Shown piece after piece: positions 50,171 through 59,999 of a stretch of DNA of 64,000 nucleotides. The notes beneath the pieces were generated by a model. The model had not been told where the DNA came from. It was given only the letters and a program-made list of their open reading frames with translations, and did no database searches. Within the stretch, counting starts at the first letter, position 1. Each line of letters begins with the position of its first letter. Source of the DNA: Thermoplasmatales archaeon (GTDB lineage: Archaea; Thermoplasmatota; Thermoplasmata; Thermoplasmatales; Thermoplasmataceae); the NCBI GenBank assembly GCA_027310185.1, contig DAIDBH010000018.1:224001-288000 (forward strand), given 5' to 3'. The position numbers and the translations under genes are program-made.

Positions 50171-50555
50171 TATAGTAAGTATTATACTGAAGGTAGCCGT
50201 ATATCTTAGCATGGGTAGTATAATAGTTGGAGTTATACTACTGTTCATAAAAAACGGTGCTGATGGCTACTCTCTAGACACATTGGCTAATTATAGTAAT
50301 TACAGTGTTGCAAAAAGTTATTCATCCATAATCTTTTCCCCAGCAAAAATCCCTGAGGGAATTATAACACTTGATCCATTAGGTTTCATATCACTGGGTC
50401 TATGGGTACTCATTTTCACACCTGTAAGCGTTCTGTTCACCTCGCTGGTTGACTATATCTATCAAAAGAACAAGCTTTACGTTGTACTGACATTTCTGGT
50501 CCTTTTCAATCTATTCACTGCAATCTTCATAATTCCAAGCTTTGTTCATCTTTGA
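50142..50555 (+). CDS. DUF1634 family membrane protein
   Basis: Directly follows TSUP; I.LGL.VLI.TP motif. Confidence 0.8.
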   Translation: MEEISQKLIDIVSIILKVAVYLSMGSIIVGVILLFIKNGADGYSLDTLANYSNYSVAKSYSSIIFSPAKIPEGIITLDPLGFISLGLWVLIFTPVSVLFTSLVDYIYQKNKLYVVLTFLVLFNLFTAIFIIPSFVHL

Positions 50556-50612
50556 GGCTGAAAATTAAAGAAAAACATTATTAATTTTATTGAAATAGCC
50601 AATTGGTGCTTT

Positions 50613-52067
50613 ATGCTTAAGTTTGATCGCGTTAAAATTCAGGAGGAAGATCCAAAGGAGAGAAGCAAAAGCTTTACGATAGAACCGATGAAGGAATACA
50701 CAACAGAAGAGGCGACAGCTGAAGCATCAAGATGTATTGGCTGCAATATATGCACACAGGCATGTCCTGCAAGTCTTGATATAGGAGCATATATAAACAG
50801 CACCGCAGTGGGCGATCCGGCTCAGACGGTAAGAATAGTTTTTGAAAACCTGCCATTTCCAGCCATTATAGGGAGGGTATGCACACATAATTGTGAAGAC
50901 ATTTGCGTTATGTATGACACAGGTGGACCTCTGGCAATAAGACACCTCAAGAGATATGCTGCGGATCAATTTGACGATTATGGAAAGATATTGAATGTGA
51001 AGAAGAGATCATTCATAAACAAGAGGGTTGCGGTTATAGGTGCTGGTCCTGCAGGATTGAGTGCTGCATATTATTTATCAATACAGGGAGTAAGGGTCAC
51101 TGTATTTGAATCACTACCTGTAATGGGAGGGTTCATGAGAGTTGGTATACCACGCTACAGGCTCCCGTTTGAAGTAATTGAAAAGGAAACAGGTTATATA
51201 ACATCAAATGGGGTAGAAGTTAAGTTAAACACAAAAGTTGGCGTGGACATTACATTCAAGGAAATTCTGAATAGTTTTGACGCAGTATTTCTTGGAGTGG
51301 GTACACATAAGCCAAGAATGACCGGTACGCCAGGTAGTGACGCAAAAAACCTCATGCATGCGACAGAGTTTCTTAGGAGAACAGCACTGGGCGAGAAGCT
51401 ACCAGTAGGTGACAAGGTTATTGTAATCGGGGGAGGATTTACAGCAAATGATGCCGCAAGAACCTCTCTCAGACTGGGTGCAACTGAGATAAATATAATG
51501 TACAGAAGGAGAGAAATAGATCGACCGGGTTATCCTTCAATGAATGCAGACGAAGAAATGGAAGAATCACTTGGAGAGAGCGTAAATTATATGTGGGAAA
51601 TCACCCCATTTGAATACGTGAAAGAAGGGGATAGAATAACCCAGGTCAAATACTGGAAGAACCAGATGGTTCAGGATACAGGTGGAAGAGCCAAACCTGT
51701 ACCGCAAAAGGAAAAGACATTCACAATGGATGTTGATTTTGTTGTTGAAGCCACCGGTCAGGAAACTGATTTCTCATTCCTTGGCGAGGAATACGCGAGG
51801 CAACTGCGCCTGACTCCTCATGGTGGAATAATAGTGGACCAGAGAGGAATGACAAGCATAGAAGGCGTGTTCTCAGGAGGGGACTCTACCAACATGACTC
51901 ATGATCTGATCAGCGCAGTTAGGGATGGGGACATTGCAACACTTGGAATTCTGGACTATCTCAATCTTATGGATAAGGTAAATGAGGAATACCTTCCACT
52001 CCTTGACAGATGGAAAAAGTTCTCTCCTATGGCTGCCAAACTTGCATATGCTGACAGAGTAAAGTAA
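50613..52067 (+). CDS. GltD/SudA-like Fe-S flavoprotein NAD(P)H oxidoreductase (standalone)
   Basis: EASRCIGC..C..ACP, GRVC.H.CE..C, GAGPAGL, GIPRYRLP, VIGGG, YRR, GVFSGGD. Confidence 0.9.
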   Translation: MLKFDRVKIQEEDPKERSKSFTIEPMKEYTTEEATAEASRCIGCNICTQACPASLDIGAYINSTAVGDPAQTVRIVFENLPFPAIIGRVCTHNCEDICVMYDTGGPLAIRHLKRYAADQFDDYGKILNVKKRSFINKRVAVIGAGPAGLSAAYYLSIQGVRVTVFESLPVMGGFMRVGIPRYRLPFEVIEKETGYITSNGVEVKLNTKVGVDITFKEILNSFDAVFLGVGTHKPRMTGTPGSDAKNLMHATEFLRRTALGEKLPVGDKVIVIGGGFTANDAARTSLRLGATEINIMYRRREIDRPGYPSMNADEEMEESLGESVNYMWEITPFEYVKEGDRITQVKYWKNQMVQDTGGRAKPVPQKEKTFTMDVDFVVEATGQETDFSFLGEEYARQLRLTPHGGIIVDQRGMTSIEGVFSGGDSTNMTHDLISAVRDGDIATLGILDYLNLMDKVNEEYLPLLDRWKKFSPMAAKLAYADRVK

Positions 52068-52157
52068 AAAATTTCCCAGAAGAAAGGGCATATGCTGGTA
52101 GGTCGAATAGATTACCAAAACAATATTTATACGTGTTGACATCTCCATCACCGAATA

Positions 52158-52718
52158 ATGAATCACAATCGCAGGATACTGGTAATTGGCTCTTCAGGCT
52201 CCGGAAAGTCAACATTTTCAAGGGAATTATCGAGAATAAGAGGAATCCCTTTGTATCATCTGGATAAAATATACTGGAGGAGTGGCTGGAATCCTATCCC
52301 GGAGGAAGTTTTTAATGAGGAAATGATGAAAATCCTCCCGAAAGAGGAATGGATACTGGATGGAAATTATTCACAGAGCCTTGCCAACAGGATCCAATTT
52401 TCTGAAACTGTTATTTTTCTAGATTTCAAATGGCCTGTATGTGCCTTCAGGGCAATTAGAAGAAATATCAAGAACAGGTGGAATCGAAGAACAGACATTA
52501 CCGAAGGATGTGAGGAGAAATTCAATCACGATTTTTATGAACTTCTAAAATACATTAGGAATTTTCCAAAAACAGACAGGATAAAAATAATCAAATTACT
52601 GGAGGCAAATGCTTATGAAAAAGAGATCATCATCTTCAGTAATTCAACATCAGTGAGGCAATATCTGCAGAGAATTGCCAACGAAGAAGCAGAGTCGAAA
52701 ATAGAGAATGTCTTCTGA
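52158..52718 (+). CDS. P-loop kinase, FlaR / topology modulation protein family
   Basis: RILVIGSSGSGKST, YHLDKIYW..GW, WILDGNY, GCEEK. Confidence 0.85.
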   Translation: MNHNRRILVIGSSGSGKSTFSRELSRIRGIPLYHLDKIYWRSGWNPIPEEVFNEEMMKILPKEEWILDGNYSQSLANRIQFSETVIFLDFKWPVCAFRAIRRNIKNRWNRRTDITEGCEEKFNHDFYELLKYIRNFPKTDRIKIIKLLEANAYEKEIIIFSNSTSVRQYLQRIANEEAESKIENVF

Positions 52719-52722
52719 ACAC

Positions 52723-54045
52723 TCACTCCACCGATATATGATCAAATCCGGCATAAGGTATAAGGGCTTTTGGGATTTCAATTCTGTTTTCAGTTGAAAA
52801 ATTCTCCATTATAGCTACCATAACTCTAGTAGTGGCAATTGCTGTTCCATTAAGAGTGTGAACAAACTGATTGCCTTCAGGGGTCCTGTATTTTATGTTG
52901 AGAGACCTTGCCTGATAATCAGTGTCATTTGAAATCGAAGCCAGTTCCCTAAATTTACCCTGATGTGGAAACCATCCTTCTATATCATACTTCTTGGCTG
53001 CCAGGCTTCCCAGTTCACCCGAACAGACGTTTATCACCCTGAACGGGATTTCTAGGCTGTTCAGTAGATCTTCAGTATTCATCAGCAGTTCTTCGAGGTA
53101 GTCCCAGGAATCCTCTGGTTTGCAGAATATGAACTGTTCAACTTTTTTGAAATAATGAACCCTGAATATGCCCTTGGTATCCTTGCCATGTGCTCCAGCC
53201 TCCTTCCTGAAACAGGGAGAAAACCCGGACACTTTCAAAGGAAGTTCATTTTGATCAAGAATTTCGTTCATGAGCATGGCAGCTATTGGATGTTCAGATG
53301 TAGAAATAAGATACAGATCTTCTCCTTCTATTTTATAAACAGCCTCATTGAATGTGCCCTCATCTGTAGCTTTCCATATGGAATTACCGTTGATCATTGG
53401 TGGAGGTTCCACTATTGAAAATCCACGTTGACCAATGAAATCTATGGCATAGTTAACCAGTGCCAGTTCAAGTTTCACCAGCTGGTTTCTGGAAATGTAA
53501 AATCTTGCTCCAGAAATCTTACCTGCCCTTTCCAGATCTACAAGATTCATTCGCTCAGATAGATCGATATGGCTGTATGTGTTGTCTACGATCTGATATT
53601 TTCCTGAATTTTCTGTAAATTTGTTGAATTCTTCCAGGCTGTCATTCCTAACCCTTGCCTTCCCGGAAAATTTTATGAATTTACTGTTTTCATCACCAAA
53701 ACATATGGGTACAGATTCATCAAGTAAATTGGGAATCCTGGATACTGTTATTTCTCTTTCCTTTTCTATCTCAGACTGCTCGCTTTCGAGTAGCTTTAGT
53801 TCCTCATTTAATTTTCTTACGTCATCTTTTATGCCTTCTGTTTCTTCACCGCTCTTTACTCTTCTGGACACGTCCATGCTCAGGGCATTTCTCTGCTTCC
53901 TCAGTTCATTAATTTTTTTAACGTTATCTCTCCACTTTTCATCCAGGGTGAAAAATTTTTCTATAAGTCCCTGATCACCTCCTCTTCCCTTTATAGATTT
54001 CATGTATTGTTCTGGGTTTTCTCTTAGCCTTTTTATATCAATCAT
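52723..54045 (-). CDS. serS: Serine--tRNA ligase
   Basis: MIDIK.LR, LISTSEHP, CFRKEAGAHGKDTKGIFRVH.F.KVE, HTLNGTAIA. Confidence 0.98.
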   Translation of the reverse strand: MIDIKRLRENPEQYMKSIKGRGGDQGLIEKFFTLDEKWRDNVKKINELRKQRNALSMDVSRRVKSGEETEGIKDDVRKLNEELKLLESEQSEIEKEREITVSRIPNLLDESVPICFGDENSKFIKFSGKARVRNDSLEEFNKFTENSGKYQIVDNTYSHIDLSERMNLVDLERAGKISGARFYISRNQLVKLELALVNYAIDFIGQRGFSIVEPPPMINGNSIWKATDEGTFNEAVYKIEGEDLYLISTSEHPIAAMLMNEILDQNELPLKVSGFSPCFRKEAGAHGKDTKGIFRVHYFKKVEQFIFCKPEDSWDYLEELLMNTEDLLNSLEIPFRVINVCSGELGSLAAKKYDIEGWFPHQGKFRELASISNDTDYQARSLNIKYRTPEGNQFVHTLNGTAIATTRVMVAIMENFSTENRIEIPKALIPYAGFDHISVE

Positions 54046-54140
54046 AAAACAAGGAAATATAAAGGCTATATTAATATTGCATCAAATTTACAATTCCTCC
54101 ATACCAAAATCCATGTATCGTATGCTAAATATGTAATAAC

Positions 54141-54428
54141 CTAAGATTCCCCGAAGATCTTGTGACGTGGAGTCGATTCAAGTATGGACTTTCCATAATC
54201 CACAGTATTTTCATAATCTATGGTCCTGAGGAAGTTTTCAAAAGATTTCTTATCCTTCCAAACCGTATATATCATGTATTCCTCAGGGGACTTAACCTCT
54301 CTATAGAGTTTTCCCTCCAGAAATCCATTATCTCCATTTTCCAGCATTTTCACGACTCCATTGAATTTTTGCTCAAAATCTGCCTCATGACCTTTCTTGA
54401 CTTTATAATAGAGGCCAACATTTATCAT
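54141..54428 (-). CDS. Antibiotic biosynthesis monooxygenase (ABM) family protein
   Basis: VKKGHEADFE, GFLEGKLY, YMIYTVW....F..F. Confidence 0.85.
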   Translation of the reverse strand: MINVGLYYKVKKGHEADFEQKFNGVVKMLENGDNGFLEGKLYREVKSPEEYMIYTVWKDKKSFENFLRTIDYENTVDYGKSILESTPRHKIFGES

Positions 54429-54515
54429 AATTCACTATTTTGTTGCATTATATATAAATTTTTTATTTTTAGAAATTATAAAAAAGAATCGAGTTAATAC
54501 CAATATTCCTGGATT

Positions 54516-55046
54516 TCACTCTATGTATCCGCAATCTTCTCTATCACACCTGAAAAATTTGATTTCCCCATTCTCATTGTAAACAGGCTCAAGTTTACCG
54601 CTGTTGCATTTCGGACATATATATGTGTACTCGTTGGTCTTATGCGAAAACAGAACCTGATATATCGATTCAGAGGAGAGATATCTTGCAAGGTCTGTAA
54701 TTGTTACCATCCCAATTATATTCTCATTTTTGTCGTAAACAGCACATCTTGTAAGTGCATTTTTCGAGAGAAAAGCTGCAACATCTTTAACATCATAATC
54801 CGAGGGCACCTTTGGAATGTGATGACGCATAATATATTTCACTTTCAGGGAGTCAGGTTTTACATTTCTCTGTATGAAGCGTCTCAGCATGCTTCTCTCG
54901 CTGATCATACCAACATATTTGCCATCAGCATCAACTGCCATCAAGCCATAAACATGATTTTTATTCATAAATGCAGCTGCATCAAAAACTGTCGCATCCT
55001 CGCTAATGGTATAAATATTCTTATCAACAATTTTTCCAACTTTCAT
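54516..55046 (-). CDS. CBS-domain pair with C-terminal Zn ribbon
   Basis: Two CBS repeats (VGMISERS, IGMVTITDL), CPKC...C....C tail. Confidence 0.85.
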   Translation of the reverse strand: MKVGKIVDKNIYTISEDATVFDAAAFMNKNHVYGLMAVDADGKYVGMISERSMLRRFIQRNVKPDSLKVKYIMRHHIPKVPSDYDVKDVAAFLSKNALTRCAVYDKNENIIGMVTITDLARYLSSESIYQVLFSHKTNEYTYICPKCNSGKLEPVYNENGEIKFFRCDREDCGYIE

Positions 55047-55114
55047 AATATAATAAATGTTGCATCTGATAAAAATATTACTGATATGTTAAATTTAGAA
55101 TGTTTATCAATTCT

Positions 55115-55789
55115 TTATAATTTACTGAGAGTGATAGGATCTTCTTCCTCCTGTCTCTGTGACCAGGAATTTATCTCCCTGCTCCTGTTGCTGTAAGGGC
55201 TATCATCATACTGGGTATATCCTCTCCCAAGGGGTCTAAGTTCTTCTCTCTCCTCAGGTCTCATATCATAATTTCTTCCGGATGGAATCCTGAATCTTCC
55301 CTGTTCCTTTGCAGTCGTACTCATCGTCCCTCCAAGGAATGAAGTTGAATTGAAAATTATAAGACTGCTTGGAAGTATTAGACCCATGGACATCAGCACG
55401 CCATTAAACGTTTCAGTGTAAACTATGAGATTTGAATATGATGCCAGTGGTGCCTTTGAAAATGCATATATCCCGTCCTTCAGATAGTATCCTGCAAAAC
55501 TTACTGCCTGCAATCCAGTAGAGATCATATAAAGTGACACGAAAATAATGACTGCCGACATGATCAGCGAGACTTCCATGGCGTTCTTTGCACTTCCAGA
55601 CTTCCTGCCAGCCACGTAACCTGATAGGAGTGGACCACCTATGGGTATCCACCAGAGCAGAGCTATGGCTACTATGGAAGTTAAAAATCCATTCCTGATC
55701 TCGTTTGCCTCTTTTTTACCGCCCAGATCTATCTCTGCCCTGCTGCCGCGCATCTTGTTTGGCTTACCTATGGCTGACACTCGTCGCAT
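55115..55789 (-). CDS. Hypothetical membrane protein
   Basis: LLWWIPIGGPLLSGYVAGRKSGS; 3-4 TM and a charged tail. Confidence 0.75.
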   Translation of the reverse strand: MRRVSAIGKPNKMRGSRAEIDLGGKKEANEIRNGFLTSIVAIALLWWIPIGGPLLSGYVAGRKSGSAKNAMEVSLIMSAVIIFVSLYMISTGLQAVSFAGYYLKDGIYAFSKAPLASYSNLIVYTETFNGVLMSMGLILPSSLIIFNSTSFLGGTMSTTAKEQGRFRIPSGRNYDMRPEEREELRPLGRGYTQYDDSPYSNRSREINSWSQRQEEEDPITLSKL

Positions 55790-55840
55790 ACATAACTGAC
55801 ATCATGAAAGTATATTAATTTTATGCTTATAAAAAAATAA

Positions 55841-56473
55841 TCATCTCTCCATCTGTTTCAGGCCTTTGATTGATTGAACAAATCTTTCACCAGATGTTAT
55901 ATAACCTGCGATAAAAAACCAGATCAGCAGTATGTTGATCGGGGTAAAGTCAATGTAAAAAATATAGCTGAATGGGAAAATTATCTCAATAATTATAATA
56001 ACAAGCATCAATACCAGCCTGTCTGCCCTGCCAAGCACTCCCCCATAATTCCTCTTAAGACCAAGGGCCTGGGCCTGTGTTCCAAGATAACTGGTCATGA
56101 ACACACCTCCAAGGGCCAAAATTCCTATGTATATATTACCGTATAATGAGAAGGCAAAACCAGTTATTAGTGCTATATCCGAATATCTGTCAAAAGTATG
56201 ATCAAGCATATCACCTGCCTTTGAGCTGATATTCTTCTTTCTCGCAACAAACCCATCAAGCGCATCAAGTGTTGATGAAAGAAGTATGAGGACAAAAGCG
56301 AGTATGAGGAAGTAGGAAGAAATCATCCTTCCGCTGATTGCTATAAAGACACCGGCCAGAACAGCGAATACGAAAGAAACCTCAGTCAGGGTATTTGGGT
56401 TGAATCGCATGAAAGGCTTACTTAGTTTTTCCAGGAGAGGATTAACATTTCCTCTCATTGAATCAAGTGCCAT
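55841..56473 (-). CDS. CDP-alcohol phosphatidyltransferase (archaeal polar lipid synthase)
   Basis: PN.LT, DALDG.VAR......S.AG..LD.T.DRYSD, G.LGRADR. Confidence 0.93.
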   Translation of the reverse strand: MALDSMRGNVNPLLEKLSKPFMRFNPNTLTEVSFVFAVLAGVFIAISGRMISSYFLILAFVLILLSSTLDALDGFVARKKNISSKAGDMLDHTFDRYSDIALITGFAFSLYGNIYIGILALGGVFMTSYLGTQAQALGLKRNYGGVLGRADRLVLMLVIIIIEIIFPFSYIFYIDFTPINILLIWFFIAGYITSGERFVQSIKGLKQMER

Positions 56474-56936
56474 TGTGCTTCATCTCCATTTTCCTGATAA
56501 AGTTAACTGCATCACGCAGATTCTTCTCTTCTCTATCATCATCCGTGTTCAATCTCAGAATCCTGTTGAATGGATAGTTCTCCATGCATTCGTATCCTAT
56601 GCAGTCACTCATCAGGCAGTCCATGTTTTCCGCAATCTTTTTTTCATCATAACCTCTTTCCTTCAATCTTTTTTCCAGGACATCTGGTGAGCATTCCATC
56701 AGTATTACTGCAAAGCTGGGCAGCAGGTGAGAATAATGGGAGTCGAGTATCTTTCCCATGTCAGAACTTATCTTGGGTATGAGGCAATCAAGATCAACCT
56801 GGTCATTTTGAGTGCAACCAGCTGTAATGGAAAATCTGTTCAGGTCAATGATTTCATAGCCACGTTCTGCAAGAAACTTGCACAGGGTGCTCTTTCCAGT
56901 TCCTGGAACTCCCGTTACTGAAATATTAAACTTCAT
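56463..56936 (-). CDS. Adenylate kinase AK6/Fap7 family
   Basis: VTGVPGTGKST, ILDSHYSHLL, L.KRLKERGY...KI.EN. Confidence 0.9.
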   Translation of the reverse strand: MKFNISVTGVPGTGKSTLCKFLAERGYEIIDLNRFSITAGCTQNDQVDLDCLIPKISSDMGKILDSHYSHLLPSFAVILMECSPDVLEKRLKERGYDEKKIAENMDCLMSDCIGYECMENYPFNRILRLNTDDDREEKNLRDAVNFIRKMEMKHNGT

Positions 56937-58263
56937 ATTCGTTGCTCCTGAAAGAAGCACCCTCCAGTTTCCATGGCATGGAAAGATGTCTCCTTGCATA
57001 TGCCGGCGGCTCTAGCTTCAATGCTTTTCTCTTGTCATCGTTCTTCACGTATTCCGGTTCCATTGTATTGCTACATTTAGTGCATCTGTATTTCAGTGAT
57101 CCAATATTCACGGTTCTTGAACCACACTTACTGCATAAAGGCGCCCTCCGTTCGTATATCGTGGCTGGATGAATCAGCTCCAGCTTTTCAATCTTAATTG
57201 TTCCTCTTGAATAGGACCCAAACAGTTTCACCTGATCTCCAATCTCCAGTTTATCCAGTTCATCCCTGAAACCCTTAGAAGGCTCAAAGGCAGCAGCTCT
57301 TATGTTAATATCTCCAGCTTTGACTCCGAAGAACAGGTGCCCTCCCTCCTTCCTGAAAGGCAATTCATTTATAAATCCAGTAATCTCATAGGAAGCTAAT
57401 TCTCTAGGTTCCATGCCGTAATCTAGCTTTATAATATGGTCATCTGTTCCCTGATTGGTAGCGAATATCATGTAATTTCTCTCAAAGTCTGGAAATCTCG
57501 AATTGATCTCTTCCTGTATCTGAATCAGGTCATCAAATACAAGACCTCTTATACCATATATTACAGGCGTTCTGTCCTTTGGAAAAAGGCATATCTTTCC
57601 ATCTTCCAGTTCCATATTGTTGAATGTACTTTCATAGGATTCAGCAATCTTTCCAATTATTGTTTTCACTTCATCATCTACATATTCAGCTTTTGGGTAT
57701 TTATAATTAAGTAACTCGTATGTTGTTCTCTTCCTGTCCCACGCTATGGAAGAAGTTGCTCCTATAATTCCTCTCCCGTCTCCTATCTTATGGTATATTG
57801 AATCTGTTCTCTTCAGGATTTCCTCTATGTAATCCATTGGAATATCGTTTTCAAGTGCACGCCTGTATATATCCGCGTCAAATTTTTTGCTTGAAATAAC
57901 AATTCCTGGGTTGGTATTTGGTTGATTTTTCTCGTAATATTCCTCAACAATTTCCCTAACCTTTTCCATCATTGATTTATCATCTATTTCAGAAAAATCA
58001 GGATATGTGTCATCATTTTGTAGATTTAGTGAAATTTCATTTCTGTCGAATCTACCAACGACTGTTTTTTCCCCCCCAGTCATACTTGAAATTCGAACGC
58101 TGAGAGCACCATTCCCTCTTGTCTTGTATTTCAGGTTTGGGTTCAATCTGACGAGTCTGGGAAGAGAACTGACCCTATCAGCAAATGTTGAAACTATCCT
58201 GAAAGCTATGTAGGTAGTGCATCCAGCGTTCCTGGAATCTGTATCGTCAATACCAATCCACAT
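56926..58263 (-). CDS. tiaS: tRNA(Ile2) agmatinylcytidine synthase
   Basis: IGIDDTDS..AGCTTY, LVRLNPN..YKTRGNGA, TNQGTDDH, AAFEP, RRHLS.P. Confidence 0.96.
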   Translation of the reverse strand: MWIGIDDTDSRNAGCTTYIAFRIVSTFADRVSSLPRLVRLNPNLKYKTRGNGALSVRISSMTGGEKTVVGRFDRNEISLNLQNDDTYPDFSEIDDKSMMEKVREIVEEYYEKNQPNTNPGIVISSKKFDADIYRRALENDIPMDYIEEILKRTDSIYHKIGDGRGIIGATSSIAWDRKRTTYELLNYKYPKAEYVDDEVKTIIGKIAESYESTFNNMELEDGKICLFPKDRTPVIYGIRGLVFDDLIQIQEEINSRFPDFERNYMIFATNQGTDDHIIKLDYGMEPRELASYEITGFINELPFRKEGGHLFFGVKAGDINIRAAAFEPSKGFRDELDKLEIGDQVKLFGSYSRGTIKIEKLELIHPATIYERRAPLCSKCGSRTVNIGSLKYRCTKCSNTMEPEYVKNDDKRKALKLEPPAYARRHLSMPWKLEGASFRSNEYEV

Positions 58264-59043
58264 TCAGGTGCCAAACCTCCTTTTCCTGGTCTGATATGAT
58301 CTTACGGCCCTCAGGAAATCAAGTTTTCTCAACTCTGGCCAGAACACATCGGAAAAGTAAAGCTCTGAATAAGCACCCTGCCACAGAAGGAAGTTTGAAA
58401 CCCTTTCTTCCCCGCTTGTTCTCAGGATCAAATCCGGGTCCGGAATAGTGCCGTCATAAAGATATTTTCTGAAGTTTTCTTCTGTTATATCTTTTATTTC
58501 GATCTTTCCCTCCTTGTATTCCTGAGCTATCTTTCTTATGGCTTCTATTATTTCTTCCCTTCCACCGTAAGCAACAGCAATATTGAGCTTGTATCCATCA
58601 TAGTCTCTTGTTGCTTCCTCAACTTTCCTTATGGAATCCTGGAGGAATTCTGGAAGTGTATCTATGCTCCCGATGATCTTCACTTTTATCTTATTTTTCA
58701 GGACTCTCTCATCGCTTATGAGATTCAGGAGGGAGTTGCTGATCAGTGTGAATAAGAATCTCACTTCCTCATTGTCTCTCTTGAAATTTTCAGTAGAAAA
58801 AGCGTAGACAGTAACAACTCTGGTTCCTATTTCCATGCACCACTCAAGAACCTCTTCCAGTTTTTCTTTCCCTTTCACATGGCCAAGATTGGAATCCAAT
58901 CCATGGGAACTTGCATACCTCCTGTTACCATCTGTTATTATCCCAACATGATACGGGATATTCCCGTCTTTCTTTATCTGCTCCAGAAGTACTTTTTCAT
59001 ATATTTCTTCAGTCAGGTCTCCAATCTTTCTGCTCAGGCTCAT
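58264..59043 (-). CDS. uppS: cis-prenyltransferase (polyprenyl diphosphate synthase)
   Basis: HVGII.DGNRR, YAFSTENFKR, AYGGREEI, RTSGEER.SNFLLWQ. Confidence 0.97.
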   Translation of the reverse strand: MSLSRKIGDLTEEIYEKVLLEQIKKDGNIPYHVGIITDGNRRYASSHGLDSNLGHVKGKEKLEEVLEWCMEIGTRVVTVYAFSTENFKRDNEEVRFLFTLISNSLLNLISDERVLKNKIKVKIIGSIDTLPEFLQDSIRKVEEATRDYDGYKLNIAVAYGGREEIIEAIRKIAQEYKEGKIEIKDITEENFRKYLYDGTIPDPDLILRTSGEERVSNFLLWQGAYSELYFSDVFWPELRKLDFLRAVRSYQTRKRRFGT

Positions 59044-59999
59044 ATTCGGTCCCTCCTGTACTGAAGGCTATACATGGACTTACTTCTGGAATATCCGTGA
59101 ACTACCCTCTTGGTTTCCAGAAACATGCCTTTGCTGATAAAATATTCCATCTTTTCTTCTATTGTTTCCTGGTCTTCCACCATATAGATATTCAGCTTTC
59201 CTCCCGCAGTTAATGATTTTATAATTTCATCAAGAGATTCATATTGATTTACCGGGTTATTCATGATTATCCTATTGAATGGTCTCAATTCTTTTATAAT
59301 TTTATAAGAATTTCCCTCATAAATATCAACATCCGATTGCAGTTTATTGATAGACAGATTATGCCTCAGCAATTCCACTGCATCACTGTTTATATCGCAT
59401 GCAGCAATCCTGCATTTCCTTGTTTTAGCTATATTGAGTGTGAATGGACCGATCCCGGCGAACATATCAAAAATATATTCTCCATCTTCAACGTTCCTTG
59501 AAACCAGGTATCTCTCAGTTGACAACCTGGGTGAGAAGTATGCTTTCTTCACATTAACCTGCATCAGGATGTTGTTCTCCCTGTACATTGTTACAGGATT
59601 ATCTTCCCCGTATAGGAGTTTAAGGTCCCTGAGTCTGGTTTCTCCTCTGATCCCCATATCAAGGTATATGGTTCTTATGTTTCCTTTTGATCTCAATATG
59701 AACTGTACCATGAAATTATGATCAATCCTTTTTCTTTCATGAATGATTGCTATGTCTCCTATGAGATCAAAGGAACCTGCATGCCCCTGTGGCATTATCT
59801 TCATTTCCCTCGGCTCACTCTCAAGTATTATATTTTCTTCGTTATCTATGTTTTTGCTAACAGGTATGAGAATATGCTCTCCCTCCCTCCTGATTTCAAA
59901 CTGGGGCAAAAAATAACCCTGTTTCTTCAGTCTTTCAAGTGCTTTCTGGGCATTATTCTTCTGAATCCTTACGTGAATTACTTCACTCAGACGAATCAC
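59040..59999 (-). CDS. trm5: tRNA m1G37 methyltransferase Trm5 / Met-10 family
   Basis: SFDLIGDIAI, AYFSPRLSTER, DMFAGIGPF, RIIMNNP; start uncertain (GTG 59999 or CTG 59990). Confidence 0.85.
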   Translation of the reverse strand: MIRLSEVIHVRIQKNNAQKALERLKKQGYFLPQFEIRREGEHILIPVSKNIDNEENIILESEPREMKIMPQGHAGSFDLIGDIAIIHERKRIDHNFMVQFILRSKGNIRTIYLDMGIRGETRLRDLKLLYGEDNPVTMYRENNILMQVNVKKAYFSPRLSTERYLVSRNVEDGEYIFDMFAGIGPFTLNIAKTRKCRIAACDINSDAVELLRHNLSINKLQSDVDIYEGNSYKIIKELRPFNRIIMNNPVNQYESLDEIIKSLTAGGKLNIYMVEDQETIEEKMEYFISKGMFLETKRVVHGYSRSKSMYSLQYRRDRI

